Shown here: positions 18,677 through 28,289 of the stretch, in pieces
Numbering within the stretch: position 1 is the first letter of the stretch
Layout: each line of letters opens with the position of its first letter
Program-made: the position numbers and the translations under genes
DNA from: Candidatus Latescibacterota bacterium
GTDB taxonomy: Bacteria > Latescibacterota > UBA2968 > UBA8231
Length of the DNA stretch: 64,000 nucleotides
Assembly (NCBI GenBank): GCA_965242865.1
Contig: CBDETK010000013.1
Coordinates: 3,552,001 to 3,616,000, forward strand
Direction: 5' to 3'
The notes under the pieces: generated by a model
What the model saw: only the letters and a program-made list of their open reading frames with translations
Told to the model about the DNA's origin: nothing
Databases searched by the model: none

Positions 18677-19561
18677 TCAGGGAATGCCCAGCTCCCGCCG
18701 GTACACCTCGTCGGCATTGGCCTGCAACTGCCAGTAGGGAACCCGGATCGTCCGCAGCAAGTCGCCGCGCCCCCCAGCTCCGTCCTCCCAGCGCAGAATC
18801 CGATGCGGATAGGCTTTTTCCGTCCACAACGTCGGCTGCCGCGGGCCGATGTGCAGCTCCCACCGCACGCTGGCCAGCGGCCCGGCGGCTGTCTGAATCT
18901 GCTCCTCAGCGGCCTTGTGGAGCCGCCCGCTGGCCAGCGCGTGCGGCCGATGCGCCTGCCTGAGTTGCCAAAAGCTCGGCAGCACCGTTAGCTCCCGCAC
19001 CTCGCCCAAGGCCATGACCGGCCCTTGCAGCTCGCGGACGCGGATCAGCAGGTGATCCTCGCTCGCAAAGCGCTCGGGCTGCGCTAGCTGATACGCCCCC
19101 CGGCCTTCGCTGGCAAAATAGCTGCTGATGCGCCCGTTGATCTGCCCATCGCTAAACAGGGCCTCGTCAAACACTTGCCCGCACCACTCCTGCGCGCTGA
19201 ACGAAATGCGCCGCAGCTCAAAGGGATGCCGCTCGCCTTCCACTTGGCTGAACACCGACGTCATTACCGAGTAGTCGTACATCCCGGTCGTAAACTTGAG
19301 GAGGTGGTTGAGCTTGAGCGCGTAGAAGCGGTCGGCCTCCCGAACCGGTGACTCGACCTTGAGCAAGGTCTGCCGGTGGAGGTCCTCGGTGACAAAGATC
19401 ATCACCCCGTACCCCGAGCGCAGCTCGCCGTAGCGGGGCTGGGCCACCTCGTAGCTAGAGACCTCGGCCTTCCCGTCGGCCCAGTGCGCGTAAAAATCCG
19501 ACGCGCCCACCTGCACGGCCCCCGCCAAGAGGGTTATCGCCATTTGCAAGAATAGGGCCAT
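18677..19561 (-). CDS. Conserved hypothetical exported protein
   Basis: WADGKAEVSSY, IFVTE, QEWCG motifs; start uncertain. Confidence 0.7.
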   Translation of the reverse strand: MALFLQMAITLLAGAVQVGASDFYAHWADGKAEVSSYEVAQPRYGELRSGYGVMIFVTEDLHRQTLLKVESPVREADRFYALKLNHLLKFTTGMYDYSVMTSVFSQVEGERHPFELRRISFSAQEWCGQVFDEALFSDGQINGRISSYFASEGRGAYQLAQPERFASEDHLLIRVRELQGPVMALGEVRELTVLPSFWQLRQAHRPHALASGRLHKAAEEQIQTAAGPLASVRWELHIGPRQPTLWTEKAYPHRILRWEDGAGGRGDLLRTIRVPYWQLQANADEVYRRELGIP

Positions 19562-19572
19562 GGTCGCGGTGC

Positions 19573-21204
19573 TCAGCGCGATTCGCTGCGGAGCCCCATC
19601 CAGATGCAGGCGCACATCCCGAGGACCGCAAAGGAAAAAGGCAGGCCGGTTGCGAGGGTGGCAGCCTGCAATGACTTCAGCCCGCCGCCGAGGAGGAGGG
19701 CAATCGCGACTAGCCCCTCAACCGTACACCAGAAGACCCGTTGCGGCACGGGCGCGTCCGTCTTGCCGCCGGCGGCGATGGTGTCGATGATCAGCGAGCC
19801 CGAGTCCGACGAGGTGACAAAAAAGACAATGGTCAGGAGCATACCGATGCAGGACAGCAGACTCGCCAGCGGGAGTTGGTCGAACATTTTGAACAGCACG
19901 AGGGCCGGCTTATAGGCCTCCACCGTTTCGGTTACGCCGGTGTAGCCCGCGTCGAGGAATTGGTGGATGGCCGTGCCGCCAAACGCCCCGAACCACACCA
20001 TGCACAACAGCGTCGGCATGAGGAGTACGCAAGCCATGAACTCGCGCACCGTGCGCCCTTTGGAAATGCGGGCGATGAAGGTGCCGACAAACGGCGCCCA
20101 AGCAATCCACCACGCCCAGTAGAACGTCGTCCAGCCGTGCAAAAAGCCCGTATCCTCCCGCCCGATCCAGTTGCTGAGCGGCACAATTTTCGCGACGTAT
20201 TCGCCCAGCCCAGCGAACATGCTGCGAAAGATGTAGGACGTTGGGCCGAGTACGATAACGGTCAGCAGCAGCAACAACGCGAGCATGATGTTGAACTCGC
20301 TGAGCCGCCTGATGCCGACGTCAATACCGGTCAGCACAGAAACCAGCGCGATAGACGTAATCACCACAATGAGCAGCACCATGGTCGCGTTGGTCGCGGG
20401 AATGTCGAACAAATAGTTGAGGCCGGCCGACACTTGCTGGACGCCGAGGCCGAGCGAGGTCGCAAGCCCAAACAGCCCGGCGAAGATGGCAAACGTGTCG
20501 ATGACGTGCCCGGGCCAACCCCAGACGCGCTCGCCAAACAGCGGATAGAACGCCGAGCGGATGGCGAGGGGAAACCCCCTGTTGTAAGCGAAGAACGCGA
20601 GGGTCAGCCCGACGATGCCATAGACCGCCCAACCGTGCAGCCCCCAGTGAAAAGTCGTCACCGCGACCCCTAAGGCACCCGCCACTTGGGTGTTGGCGTC
20701 GTCCATGTCGGGCGTATTCTCGGCGTTGTACGCGATCTCTGTATCATAGACTTGGTCTAGGTTTGACAAGCCGAGGGGGGGACTCTGAAAGTAGGTCACA
20801 GGCTCTAGTACGCCAAAGAACAGGAGACCTATTCCCACGCCGGCCGCAAAGAGCATTGCAACCCAAGTTAAGTAGGAGTATTCAGGCTGTGCGTCTTTCC
20901 CGCCGAGGCGCACCTTGCCGAGGGGGGAGAGGGCCAGAAACAGGCAAAAGAGAACGACGAAATTGGTGGTGATCATGAACAACCAATCGAGGTTCGTCGT
21001 GAGCCACGTGCGGGTATTGCCGAAAACTAGGGTCGCGCCTTCGCGAAAGACGAGGGCGCCGACGATAAAGACTACAATGGCAATACTCGAAGTCACGAAC
21101 ACGGGCGTGAGGTAAATCTCTAAGCCGAATAGCTTTCTGTACTCTTCAGCGCCCGGATCGCCCGGCAGTTGGTGGTGGGGTCGTTTTTGCATTTCCTCTA
21201 TCAA
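19573..21204 (-). CDS. BCCT betaine/choline/carnitine transporter
   Basis: MLFAAGVGIG, HWGLHGW, WTTFYWAWWIAWAPFVGTFIARISKGRT, TSSDS. Confidence 0.95.
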   Translation of the reverse strand: MIEEMQKRPHHQLPGDPGAEEYRKLFGLEIYLTPVFVTSSIAIVVFIVGALVFREGATLVFGNTRTWLTTNLDWLFMITTNFVVLFCLFLALSPLGKVRLGGKDAQPEYSYLTWVAMLFAAGVGIGLLFFGVLEPVTYFQSPPLGLSNLDQVYDTEIAYNAENTPDMDDANTQVAGALGVAVTTFHWGLHGWAVYGIVGLTLAFFAYNRGFPLAIRSAFYPLFGERVWGWPGHVIDTFAIFAGLFGLATSLGLGVQQVSAGLNYLFDIPATNATMVLLIVVITSIALVSVLTGIDVGIRRLSEFNIMLALLLLLTVIVLGPTSYIFRSMFAGLGEYVAKIVPLSNWIGREDTGFLHGWTTFYWAWWIAWAPFVGTFIARISKGRTVREFMACVLLMPTLLCMVWFGAFGGTAIHQFLDAGYTGVTETVEAYKPALVLFKMFDQLPLASLLSCIGMLLTIVFFVTSSDSGSLIIDTIAAGGKTDAPVPQRVFWCTVEGLVAIALLLGGGLKSLQAATLATGLPFSFAVLGMCACIWMGLRSESR

Positions 21205-22982
21205 TTCCCCACCACGCGGATCTCAAGGGTTTGCAAGCCTTTGAGGGCTAGGTCAACGGCTTGCTGCGTAGAAACCGCGGGCTCGGGGGCCAACGCAGGA
21301 AACCCACCGGCCCCAGCCTCGGAAGTGGGAACGGCTCCGTCCTCCAAGGGCCGCACAAACGTCAACTGCGCCTTTAAGATCACGTGTTCGTCCGGTCCAT
21401 TCACGCGGGCAAAAAATTCTTCGAGCGTTTCATCCGACTCAGCACCCGAGGGCGCGGATGGTGGGCCGGGCGGGGCGGGCGGAGCTTCATCGCCAAAACC
21501 ACCCAATGCACCAAACGGCTCGTCTCCCGCCAAGGCGGCGGCCGAACCCACTTCGAGCCGATAGACGCCAACGGGCAGGTCGTCCGGGATGCTGAGTGCC
21601 AACTCAATCGCTTGGTCCCGGCGGCGGCCGACGCGCAACGATGTCGCAACAGGCAGGGTGCTCCCGGCACTGACGACGGTGTCGGCCGCAACCGCCACGA
21701 CTTTTGCAAAGCGAGATTCCGCGAGCAGTTCGATGTGAATCTCTGCCGCGCGCAGTTGCAACTCGTAATCGTCCCTAGTCAGGAGTTGCCGGATTATGCC
21801 GTTCAAGTCTTCAGTTGCACTCCCGATCTGAGAATAGAGGAACGATTCTGCACTGGCGTAGAGCCGGGAGTGGGCGAGTATTGAATCCGTGCCGACAAAA
21901 GAAATGTTCGTCTGAACCCGCATACTGCGGTTTAGCTCGTTTGGAACCTCGTTGTTCAACGGAGTAAAAAAAGCGAGCATGAGCAATCGGCTCGTTTTTT
22001 CCATTCTGTGCCTATATTCGATCTCCCGCCCCGAAGGCAACACGTACACGCTCCGAATAGGCACCAATTCTGGCCCTTCTCCTAGCTGGCCGCGCACCCC
22101 GGGCAAAAAGTCTTCGGTCACGGTGCCGCGCACCGTTGGATTGAGTGCTGCATACTTATACGGCGCCTGCACACTCGATATTTCGGCGAGCACCTGGGCC
22201 TCTATGATGGGCATTTCGACCAAACCAGCGTTGACCATTTGGTGCCCGAAACCATATACCCGGTCGCCCTCGACATAGGATATAGTCCCCAACGAGGCTT
22301 GCGTAAACTCCCCTAAAAGGGACCCCACTGCAAGCGGCCTGCCAGGCGCAAAACTTGTCTGATGCTGAGAGGTCTTCCCGGCTGGCGTCACCTCGCCGCG
22401 GACCGACAGCCCCTGTTGGTTGGGATGAAAGCCAGTCCTCAACACCGGAATCTCCAAGGGGGCGATGCGGTTGCCGGCCCAAGTCGCCGCGGGCTTGGCC
22501 AAGGGCATGGGACCCTCGCGGCCAATCACCCACTCTATGGGCGTGGCAAAGAAGTAGTACGGCGGGCTAGTTTGACCATTAGGCCCATAAGAAATGGCCC
22601 CCCAAGTGCCTTGCTCGGTGAAAATGGGCGAACCGCTCATCCCTTTGGCAATGCCCTTCAACTGGATCAAAATCGGATCCGATGCTTCAACCATGTAAAT
22701 CGGCATGGGCGGCAAAAAATCATCGACCACCTGTATGAACGTCATTTCGAGATCGGTGAGCTGGCCATTGGCAAATTCGGTGCGCAAGAACACGGGCGTA
22801 CCCGCAGGCATGGCGCGCACCGAGTCAACCGGGACAATAGGCGACAGATCCCAAGGTTTTAATTCCCCGGTCGGGCGCAGCACCGGATGCTGCGGCGCGA
22901 TGGGCGAAGGGGCCTCATCGTCGTCGTTGCTACAACTCCCTAGGCCGACGACGAGCGCGAGCAGGGCTAAATGGATCCACAT
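21201..22982 (-). CDS. SpoIVB-like (S55) peptidase lipoprotein
   Basis: Lipobox LGSC; GIAKGMSGSP; YGFGH. Confidence 0.8.
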   Translation of the reverse strand: MWIHLALLALVVGLGSCSNDDDEAPSPIAPQHPVLRPTGELKPWDLSPIVPVDSVRAMPAGTPVFLRTEFANGQLTDLEMTFIQVVDDFLPPMPIYMVEASDPILIQLKGIAKGMSGSPIFTEQGTWGAISYGPNGQTSPPYYFFATPIEWVIGREGPMPLAKPAATWAGNRIAPLEIPVLRTGFHPNQQGLSVRGEVTPAGKTSQHQTSFAPGRPLAVGSLLGEFTQASLGTISYVEGDRVYGFGHQMVNAGLVEMPIIEAQVLAEISSVQAPYKYAALNPTVRGTVTEDFLPGVRGQLGEGPELVPIRSVYVLPSGREIEYRHRMEKTSRLLMLAFFTPLNNEVPNELNRSMRVQTNISFVGTDSILAHSRLYASAESFLYSQIGSATEDLNGIIRQLLTRDDYELQLRAAEIHIELLAESRFAKVVAVAADTVVSAGSTLPVATSLRVGRRRDQAIELALSIPDDLPVGVYRLEVGSAAALAGDEPFGALGGFGDEAPPAPPGPPSAPSGAESDETLEEFFARVNGPDEHVILKAQLTFVRPLEDGAVPTSEAGAGGFPALAPEPAVSTQQAVDLALKGLQTLEIRVVGN

Positions 22983-23126
22983 GATGTATCCTCCTCGTTG
23001 TAGAAAATTCCCAAGTACGCGATACCCGCATACTCTATGGTACGTTATACGCTAAAACGGCCTCTGTGTCAAAGTCCGCCTACAATGTCGCGCCGGTCCG
23101 CACCGTCCGTTGCCCTTAATTGTACA

Positions 23127-23197
23127 TTGACTTAGGGCTTTGATTGGCTATATATTACAAGTATTTGGCATGTCAAACATATTTTTAGCAACCTAAA
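23127..23197 (+). promoter_or_regulatory. Sigma-70-like promoter plus two 14-bp imperfect palindromes (candidate metal-repressor operators) upstream of feoA
   Basis: TTGACT-N18-TATATT; tttggcatgtcaaa (23164-23177) and tttagcaacctaaa (23184-23197). Confidence 0.5.
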
Positions 23198-23218
23198 CAA
23201 TTCCCACCGGAATATCGC

Positions 23219-23470
23219 GTGAAACGCCGCAAAACACCCCGCCCACCCGGCGCCCCGCTCGACTTGTCGCAACTGCCTCGGCACGTCGAGGCCGTCATCG
23301 CCGAGATCGCCGGGCCAGCGCACTTGGCCGCCCGCCTGCGCGAATTGGGCTTTTTGCCCGGCGAGCACTTGTGCGTGTTGCGCTCGGGTGCCGCGCTCAT
23401 CGTCCAGATAGGCCAGACCCGCTTGGCACTGCGGCGTCGAGATGCGGCCGCCATCCGCCTCGTCCCCTAG
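23219..23470 (+). CDS. feoA: Ferrous iron transport protein A
   Basis: RLRELGFLPG...RLALRR; upstream of feoB. Confidence 0.85.
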   Translation: MKRRKTPRPPGAPLDLSQLPRHVEAVIAEIAGPAHLAARLRELGFLPGEHLCVLRSGAALIVQIGQTRLALRRRDAAAIRLVP

Positions 23471-25625
23471 TGTTCAGTTGAGCAGCCCCGCTTTGCGGAC
23501 CCTCGCACTTATCGGCAATCCCAACACCGGCAAGACCACGCTCTTTAACGCCCTGACCGGATTGTCCCAGCACGCCGGGAACTATCCGGGCGTCACGGTC
23601 GAGCACAAAGTGGGCACGGTGGCACTCGCTGGCGGGGAACCGCTCAAGCTGATCGACCTGCCCGGCACGTACAGCCTCGCGGCGCACTCGCCCGACGAGA
23701 TGCTGGCCATTGACGTGCTCTTGGGCCAACAGCAAGACGCGCCGCCCATCGATGGCATTTTGGCGGTCGTCGATGCCAGCAACCTGCGGCGCAATTTTTA
23801 CTTGGTTTCCCAACTCGCGGAAATAGGGTTGCCCTTGGTCGTGGCCCTCAATATGGAGGACATCGCCATTCGGCGCGGCATTCGCATCGACGCCCAGGCC
23901 TTGTCTGAAGCACTCGGCGCGCCCGTGGTGCCCATCTGCGCCCACCGCCGGCAGGGGCTCGCCGAGCTGGGGCGCGCCTTGGCGGCCTTGAGCGCAGACC
24001 CAGTGCCTGTGCGGGCGCGGCAGGTCGCTCTGCCCGACCCGCTCCAGCGCGCCACGGCCGAGCTGCAAGCCGCAGTCTCCGGGCCGCTCTCGCCCGTAGA
24101 GGCCCTGCGCGCGCTCGTGGACGAAGGCGGCTACGCCGAGCACCGCTTGTTGGCGTCCGCGGGCGCTGGGGCCGCCGACCGCTTGCACAGCCTGCGCGCG
24201 GCCGGCGCGACTTCCCTGTCCGCATTGGAAAGCAACGCCCGCTATGCTTGGATCGATGACCTGCTCGCACGGGCGATTTCCCAGCCCACGCGCCTACAGG
24301 GCCGCCGCTCGGACCGGGCCGACCGCATTCTCGCGCACCGCCTTTTCGGCACGGCGATTTTTGTGCTGATCAACGTCTTGGTCTTTGAAGCCATTTATAC
24401 GTGGTCGGGGCCGCTGATGGACGCCATTGACGCGCTCTTTGCCGCGGCTGGCGACCGCGTCGCCGCGCTCATCGCCCCTGGTGCCCTGCAAAGCCTCGTC
24501 GTCGATGGTCTGATTGCCGGCGTGGGCGGCGTCCTCATCTTCCTGCCTCAGATCGCCATCTTGTTCTTTTTTCTGGCCCTGCTAGAAGACAGCGGCTACA
24601 TGGCCCGCGCCGCGCTGTTGATGGACCGGCTGCTCACCCGCGTGGGGCTTTCTGGCACGGCCTTCATTCCCCTGCTGTCCAGCTTTGCCTGCGCCGTCCC
24701 GGGCATCATGGCCACCCGCACGATTGAAGACCGGCGCGACCGCTTCGCCACCATCTTGGTCGCGCCGCTGATGAGCTGCTCGGCGCGGCTGCCGGTGTAC
24801 GTGCTCTTCATCGGGACCTTTGTCCCCGAGCGCGCGCTGGGGGGTGGCATCATCGGCTTGCAGGCTCTGACCTTGTTCGCCTTCTACTGCCTCGGGGCAC
24901 TCGTCGCCATCCCGGTGGCTTGGTTGCTCAAGCGGACCTTGCTCCGCGGCGATCCCCCGCCCTTGCTGCTGGAGCTGCCTTCGTACAAGATGCCCGACCC
25001 GCGCACGGTCCTGCTTCGCGTGCATCACAGCAGTCGCGCCTTTGTCGTCCGCGCGGGCAGCCTCATCTTGGCGACGACGATTGTGATGTGGGCGCTGGCG
25101 TACTTCCCGCGCCCGGCCGAGGTGGTCGAGCGTCACCAAGTGGAGCGCCAAGCGGTCGCGCCCCAAGCCCTCGACGCCTTGGAAAAGCACCAAGCGGCCG
25201 AGTTGGTAGCAAACAGCTATCTCGGCCAAGCCGGGCACTGGGTCGCGCCGGCCGTGCGCCCCTTGGGCTGGGACTGGCGCATTGGCATGGCGGTCATCGC
25301 CTCTTTCCCGGCCCGCGAAGTCATCATCTCGGCCTTGGGCACCATCTACAGCCTCGGCGCCGGCGAGGACGAAGGCACTGAGAGCCTGCGGGCGACCTTG
25401 GCCGCGGCGACGTGGCCGGATGGCCGCCCGATTTACACCTTGGCGGTGGCGCTGTCGATCATGGTCTTCTTCGCCCTTTGCGCCCAGTGCCTATCGACCT
25501 TGGTGGTCATAAAAAAGGAGACCGGCTCCTATCGCTGGTCCCTGTTTAGCTTTGGCTATATGACGGCTCTCGCTTATGTCGGCGCGCTGGCGACCTACCA
25601 AGTCGGCACGGCATTGGGTTTTTGA
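23442..25625 (+). CDS. feoB: Ferrous iron transport protein B
   Basis: GNPNTGKT, GNYPGVTVE, DLPGTYSL, MSCSARLP; start may be TTG 23478. Confidence 0.95.
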   Translation: MRPPSASSPSVQLSSPALRTLALIGNPNTGKTTLFNALTGLSQHAGNYPGVTVEHKVGTVALAGGEPLKLIDLPGTYSLAAHSPDEMLAIDVLLGQQQDAPPIDGILAVVDASNLRRNFYLVSQLAEIGLPLVVALNMEDIAIRRGIRIDAQALSEALGAPVVPICAHRRQGLAELGRALAALSADPVPVRARQVALPDPLQRATAELQAAVSGPLSPVEALRALVDEGGYAEHRLLASAGAGAADRLHSLRAAGATSLSALESNARYAWIDDLLARAISQPTRLQGRRSDRADRILAHRLFGTAIFVLINVLVFEAIYTWSGPLMDAIDALFAAAGDRVAALIAPGALQSLVVDGLIAGVGGVLIFLPQIAILFFFLALLEDSGYMARAALLMDRLLTRVGLSGTAFIPLLSSFACAVPGIMATRTIEDRRDRFATILVAPLMSCSARLPVYVLFIGTFVPERALGGGIIGLQALTLFAFYCLGALVAIPVAWLLKRTLLRGDPPPLLLELPSYKMPDPRTVLLRVHHSSRAFVVRAGSLILATTIVMWALAYFPRPAEVVERHQVERQAVAPQALDALEKHQAAELVANSYLGQAGHWVAPAVRPLGWDWRIGMAVIASFPAREVIISALGTIYSLGAGEDEGTESLRATLAAATWPDGRPIYTLAVALSIMVFFALCAQCLSTLVVIKKETGSYRWSLFSFGYMTALAYVGALATYQVGTALGF

Positions 25626-25719
25626 ATCAGCGCGCTGGGCGCGGGCCATGGCGGCTTGCTCGGCGAGGGGCGGGCTGGGGATCCTCAAGGAACCGAACTT
25701 TTCCACTCCGGAATAAAAA

Positions 25720-26568
25720 ATGAACGCCGAAGTTTGGGGCCTCGTATTGACGGCCGCCATCGGCCACGCCCTGTGGAATTTCGCCGCCCGCAAGGCCGCG
25801 GGCGATGCGGCCGTAATCTGGCTCTCGGTCGTCGTGGGTGCGCTCGTCGCCGTCCTGCTTTGCGCCTACACGTGGTGGCAGGGCGCGCCGCCGCTCCTGT
25901 CGTGGCCAGGGGGCCTGTGCCTCCTGGCTACGGGCCTTACTCACGGGCTGTACTTTGCGCTGCTGGCCGAGGCGTACGAGCACGGCGAAATTTCCTTGGT
26001 CTATCCGGTCGCCCGCGGGTCGGGCGTGGGGCTGACGGCCCTCGTCGCGTGGCTGGCCTTGGGCGAAGACATTTCCCTGTTGGGCGCCAGCGGCATCGCC
26101 TTGGTCTTGGCGGGGATTTTCTGCTTGGGTGCCTCGGCCCTCAAGCACCAGACGCGCGGCTTGCGGCTGGCCTTGGGCGTGGGGCTGACGATTGTCTGCT
26201 ACTCGCTGGTCGATAAAATAGGCGTCGGGTACGTGCAGCCGCTCTACTACATCGCCGGCATGTGGCTGATCGGCACCCTCGTGCGCGCCCCTTGGGTCGT
26301 GCGCCGGTACGGGGCGGGGTTGCTGACGACGGCTCGCGTCCATTGGCAGGCCATCGCCCTGATCGGCGGGGCCTCGCTGGGCACGTATCTCCTGATTCTC
26401 CACGCCTATACCCAAGGGCCGGTCGGGTACATCGTCGCCGCACGCGAGTCGTCGGTCGTAATCGGCGCGCTGCTGGGCTGGATATTCCTCGAGGAGCGGC
26501 TCACCCCGCTCAAGGCAACCGGCCTCCTCGCCATCGTCGGGGGTTTGATGCTTATTAAGGCCAGCTAA
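25720..26568 (+). CDS. EamA/DMT transporter
   Basis: AYEHGEISLVYPVARG, AARESSVV; about 10 TMs. Confidence 0.9.
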   Translation: MNAEVWGLVLTAAIGHALWNFAARKAAGDAAVIWLSVVVGALVAVLLCAYTWWQGAPPLLSWPGGLCLLATGLTHGLYFALLAEAYEHGEISLVYPVARGSGVGLTALVAWLALGEDISLLGASGIALVLAGIFCLGASALKHQTRGLRLALGVGLTIVCYSLVDKIGVGYVQPLYYIAGMWLIGTLVRAPWVVRRYGAGLLTTARVHWQAIALIGGASLGTYLLILHAYTQGPVGYIVAARESSVVIGALLGWIFLEERLTPLKATGLLAIVGGLMLIKAS

Positions 26569-26569
26569 C

Positions 26570-27157
26570 ATGGACCCGCGCATCTTCCCCATCCACCCAC
26601 CGTCCGCGGCCCTGTTCGGCAAAGTGCTGGCCGCGTCTTTTGCCGCGACCACCGCCTTTTTTGCCGTGCTGACCTTCGCGCTCTACGCGGTCATTGACCC
26701 GGCTGGCCCGGTAGCCCAACTCGCCGCGCCCGTGGCCTTGGGCACGTCGTACGCGCTGATGCTGATCATATTCTTTTCGGTCCTCACTTGGTTTTACTTG
26801 AGCGCCCGCCGCACGGATTTCGCCTTGCTGGCCGAGCACCTCCTCATCCGCAACAGCGCCCACGGCAAGCACTTTGCCTATCACGAGCTAACGGTGGAGG
26901 AGGCCCGCGTCGTCGATTTGCCGGCCGCGCCCCAATATCGGCCCGGGCGCAAAATTTTTGCCATCAGCGCGTTCTTTTTTTACGGAGGGTCGTTTCATCT
27001 GCGCAGCAAGGAGAAGGCCCACGTTTTCTACACCGGGGCGTCGCACGCCGTGTATATTCCAACGCACGGCCCTTACGCTCTCTTGCTCGGCCCGGCCGAT
27101 CCTGCCGCGTTTTTGCACGCCTTGCGAGAAGCGGCGCACTGCCCATCGCACACCTAA
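26570..27157 (+). CDS. Membrane protein with putative bacterial PH domain
   Basis: Two TMs then soluble domain ending LLGPADPAAFL. Confidence 0.6.
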   Translation: MDPRIFPIHPPSAALFGKVLAASFAATTAFFAVLTFALYAVIDPAGPVAQLAAPVALGTSYALMLIIFFSVLTWFYLSARRTDFALLAEHLLIRNSAHGKHFAYHELTVEEARVVDLPAAPQYRPGRKIFAISAFFFYGGSFHLRSKEKAHVFYTGASHAVYIPTHGPYALLLGPADPAAFLHALREAAHCPSHT

Positions 27158-27178
27158 CCTTTTTCCGCGGAGCTCGTC

Positions 27179-28192
27179 ATGGCCTATCACGTCTATGTTT
27201 CAAACTCGGGCAACAACTTTTTCTCTCATTTCCTCATGGACGAAGACAGCGGCGCGTTAGAGCCGCAGCCCAATATCGAGCTGGAGGACGCCCCCGGAGC
27301 GGTGGCCATGCACCCAGACGGGGGCGTGATGTTTGTGGCCCTGCGCGCCGCCAAACTACTGGTCAACTATGTGGTAGATCGGGAGAAGGGGACGCTCGTC
27401 AGGCTCTCGGAGACGGCCCTAGCCGAAGGCCCGCCTTATTTGTTTTTGGACAACACCTGCGCCTTTTTGTTGTCGTCGTACTACGGGTCGGGCCACGTCG
27501 GCGTTCACCGCGTGAGCGGCGGCGGCGTGCTCTCGGCCCAGCCGCTGCAAATGCTCCCCACCGCCGGGCATGCCCACAGCATCCAAACCGACCGCTCAAA
27601 CCGCTTTGCCTTTGTGCCGCACACCAACCCGGCCAACGCCATCTTTCAGTTTCGCTTTGACGAGCAAACCGGGCGGCTGACGCCCAACGACCCGCCCAAG
27701 GTACAACCGGCCACGCCCGAAGGCCCGCGCCACTTCGCCTTCCACCCGACCCGCGATCTCCTCTATTCGATCAACGAAAACGGCAGCACGATTTCGGCCC
27801 ACCGCTTTGACCCGGCGGCTGGGACCTTGTCGTCGTTTCAGGTCATTTCGACCTTGCCGGAGGGAGTTGCGGGCGAGGACAACACGACGGCCGAAATAAA
27901 GATCACACCCGACGGCCGGTTTCTCTACGGGTCCAATCGCGGCCACGATTCCTTGGCCCTGTTTGCCATTGGCAACGATGGGCGGCTGACGGCCAAAGGC
28001 CACTATCCCACCGAGGCCACGCCGCGCTTTTTTGAGTTGGATCCGAGCGGCCGCTTCGCCTACGCGGTCGGCCAAGGATCCGGGCGGCTCGCTTCGTATC
28101 GCCTTGACGCGGCTACCGGGGTGCTGACGCCCTTGGAGCAATGGGACGTAGGCGAAAGCCCGCTGTGGATCACCTTCGTCAAGCAGGCCTAG
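27179..28192 (+). CDS. 6-phosphogluconolactonase-like 7-bladed lactonase
   Basis: HAHSI, GPRHFAFHP, LYGSNRGHDSL, PRFF. Confidence 0.9.
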   Translation: MAYHVYVSNSGNNFFSHFLMDEDSGALEPQPNIELEDAPGAVAMHPDGGVMFVALRAAKLLVNYVVDREKGTLVRLSETALAEGPPYLFLDNTCAFLLSSYYGSGHVGVHRVSGGGVLSAQPLQMLPTAGHAHSIQTDRSNRFAFVPHTNPANAIFQFRFDEQTGRLTPNDPPKVQPATPEGPRHFAFHPTRDLLYSINENGSTISAHRFDPAAGTLSSFQVISTLPEGVAGEDNTTAEIKITPDGRFLYGSNRGHDSLALFAIGNDGRLTAKGHYPTEATPRFFELDPSGRFAYAVGQGSGRLASYRLDAATGVLTPLEQWDVGESPLWITFVKQA

Positions 28193-28215
28193 GGCGTTCA
28201 AGTACTAGCCAATTC

Positions 28216-28250
28216 TAGCGCACTGCGACACTTCTGACGCACTTGTTCTA
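28216..28250 (+). promoter_or_regulatory. Orphan copy of the peptide-locus enhancer (UAS) sequence
   Basis: tagcgcactgcgacacttctgacgcacttgttcta matches the reverse complement of 52732-52766 at 31 of 35 positions (manual alignment). Confidence 0.55.
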
Positions 28251-28289
28251 GTCTAAGGTTAATGGCGGCAAGGGAAGGAGTGCAGCCCC

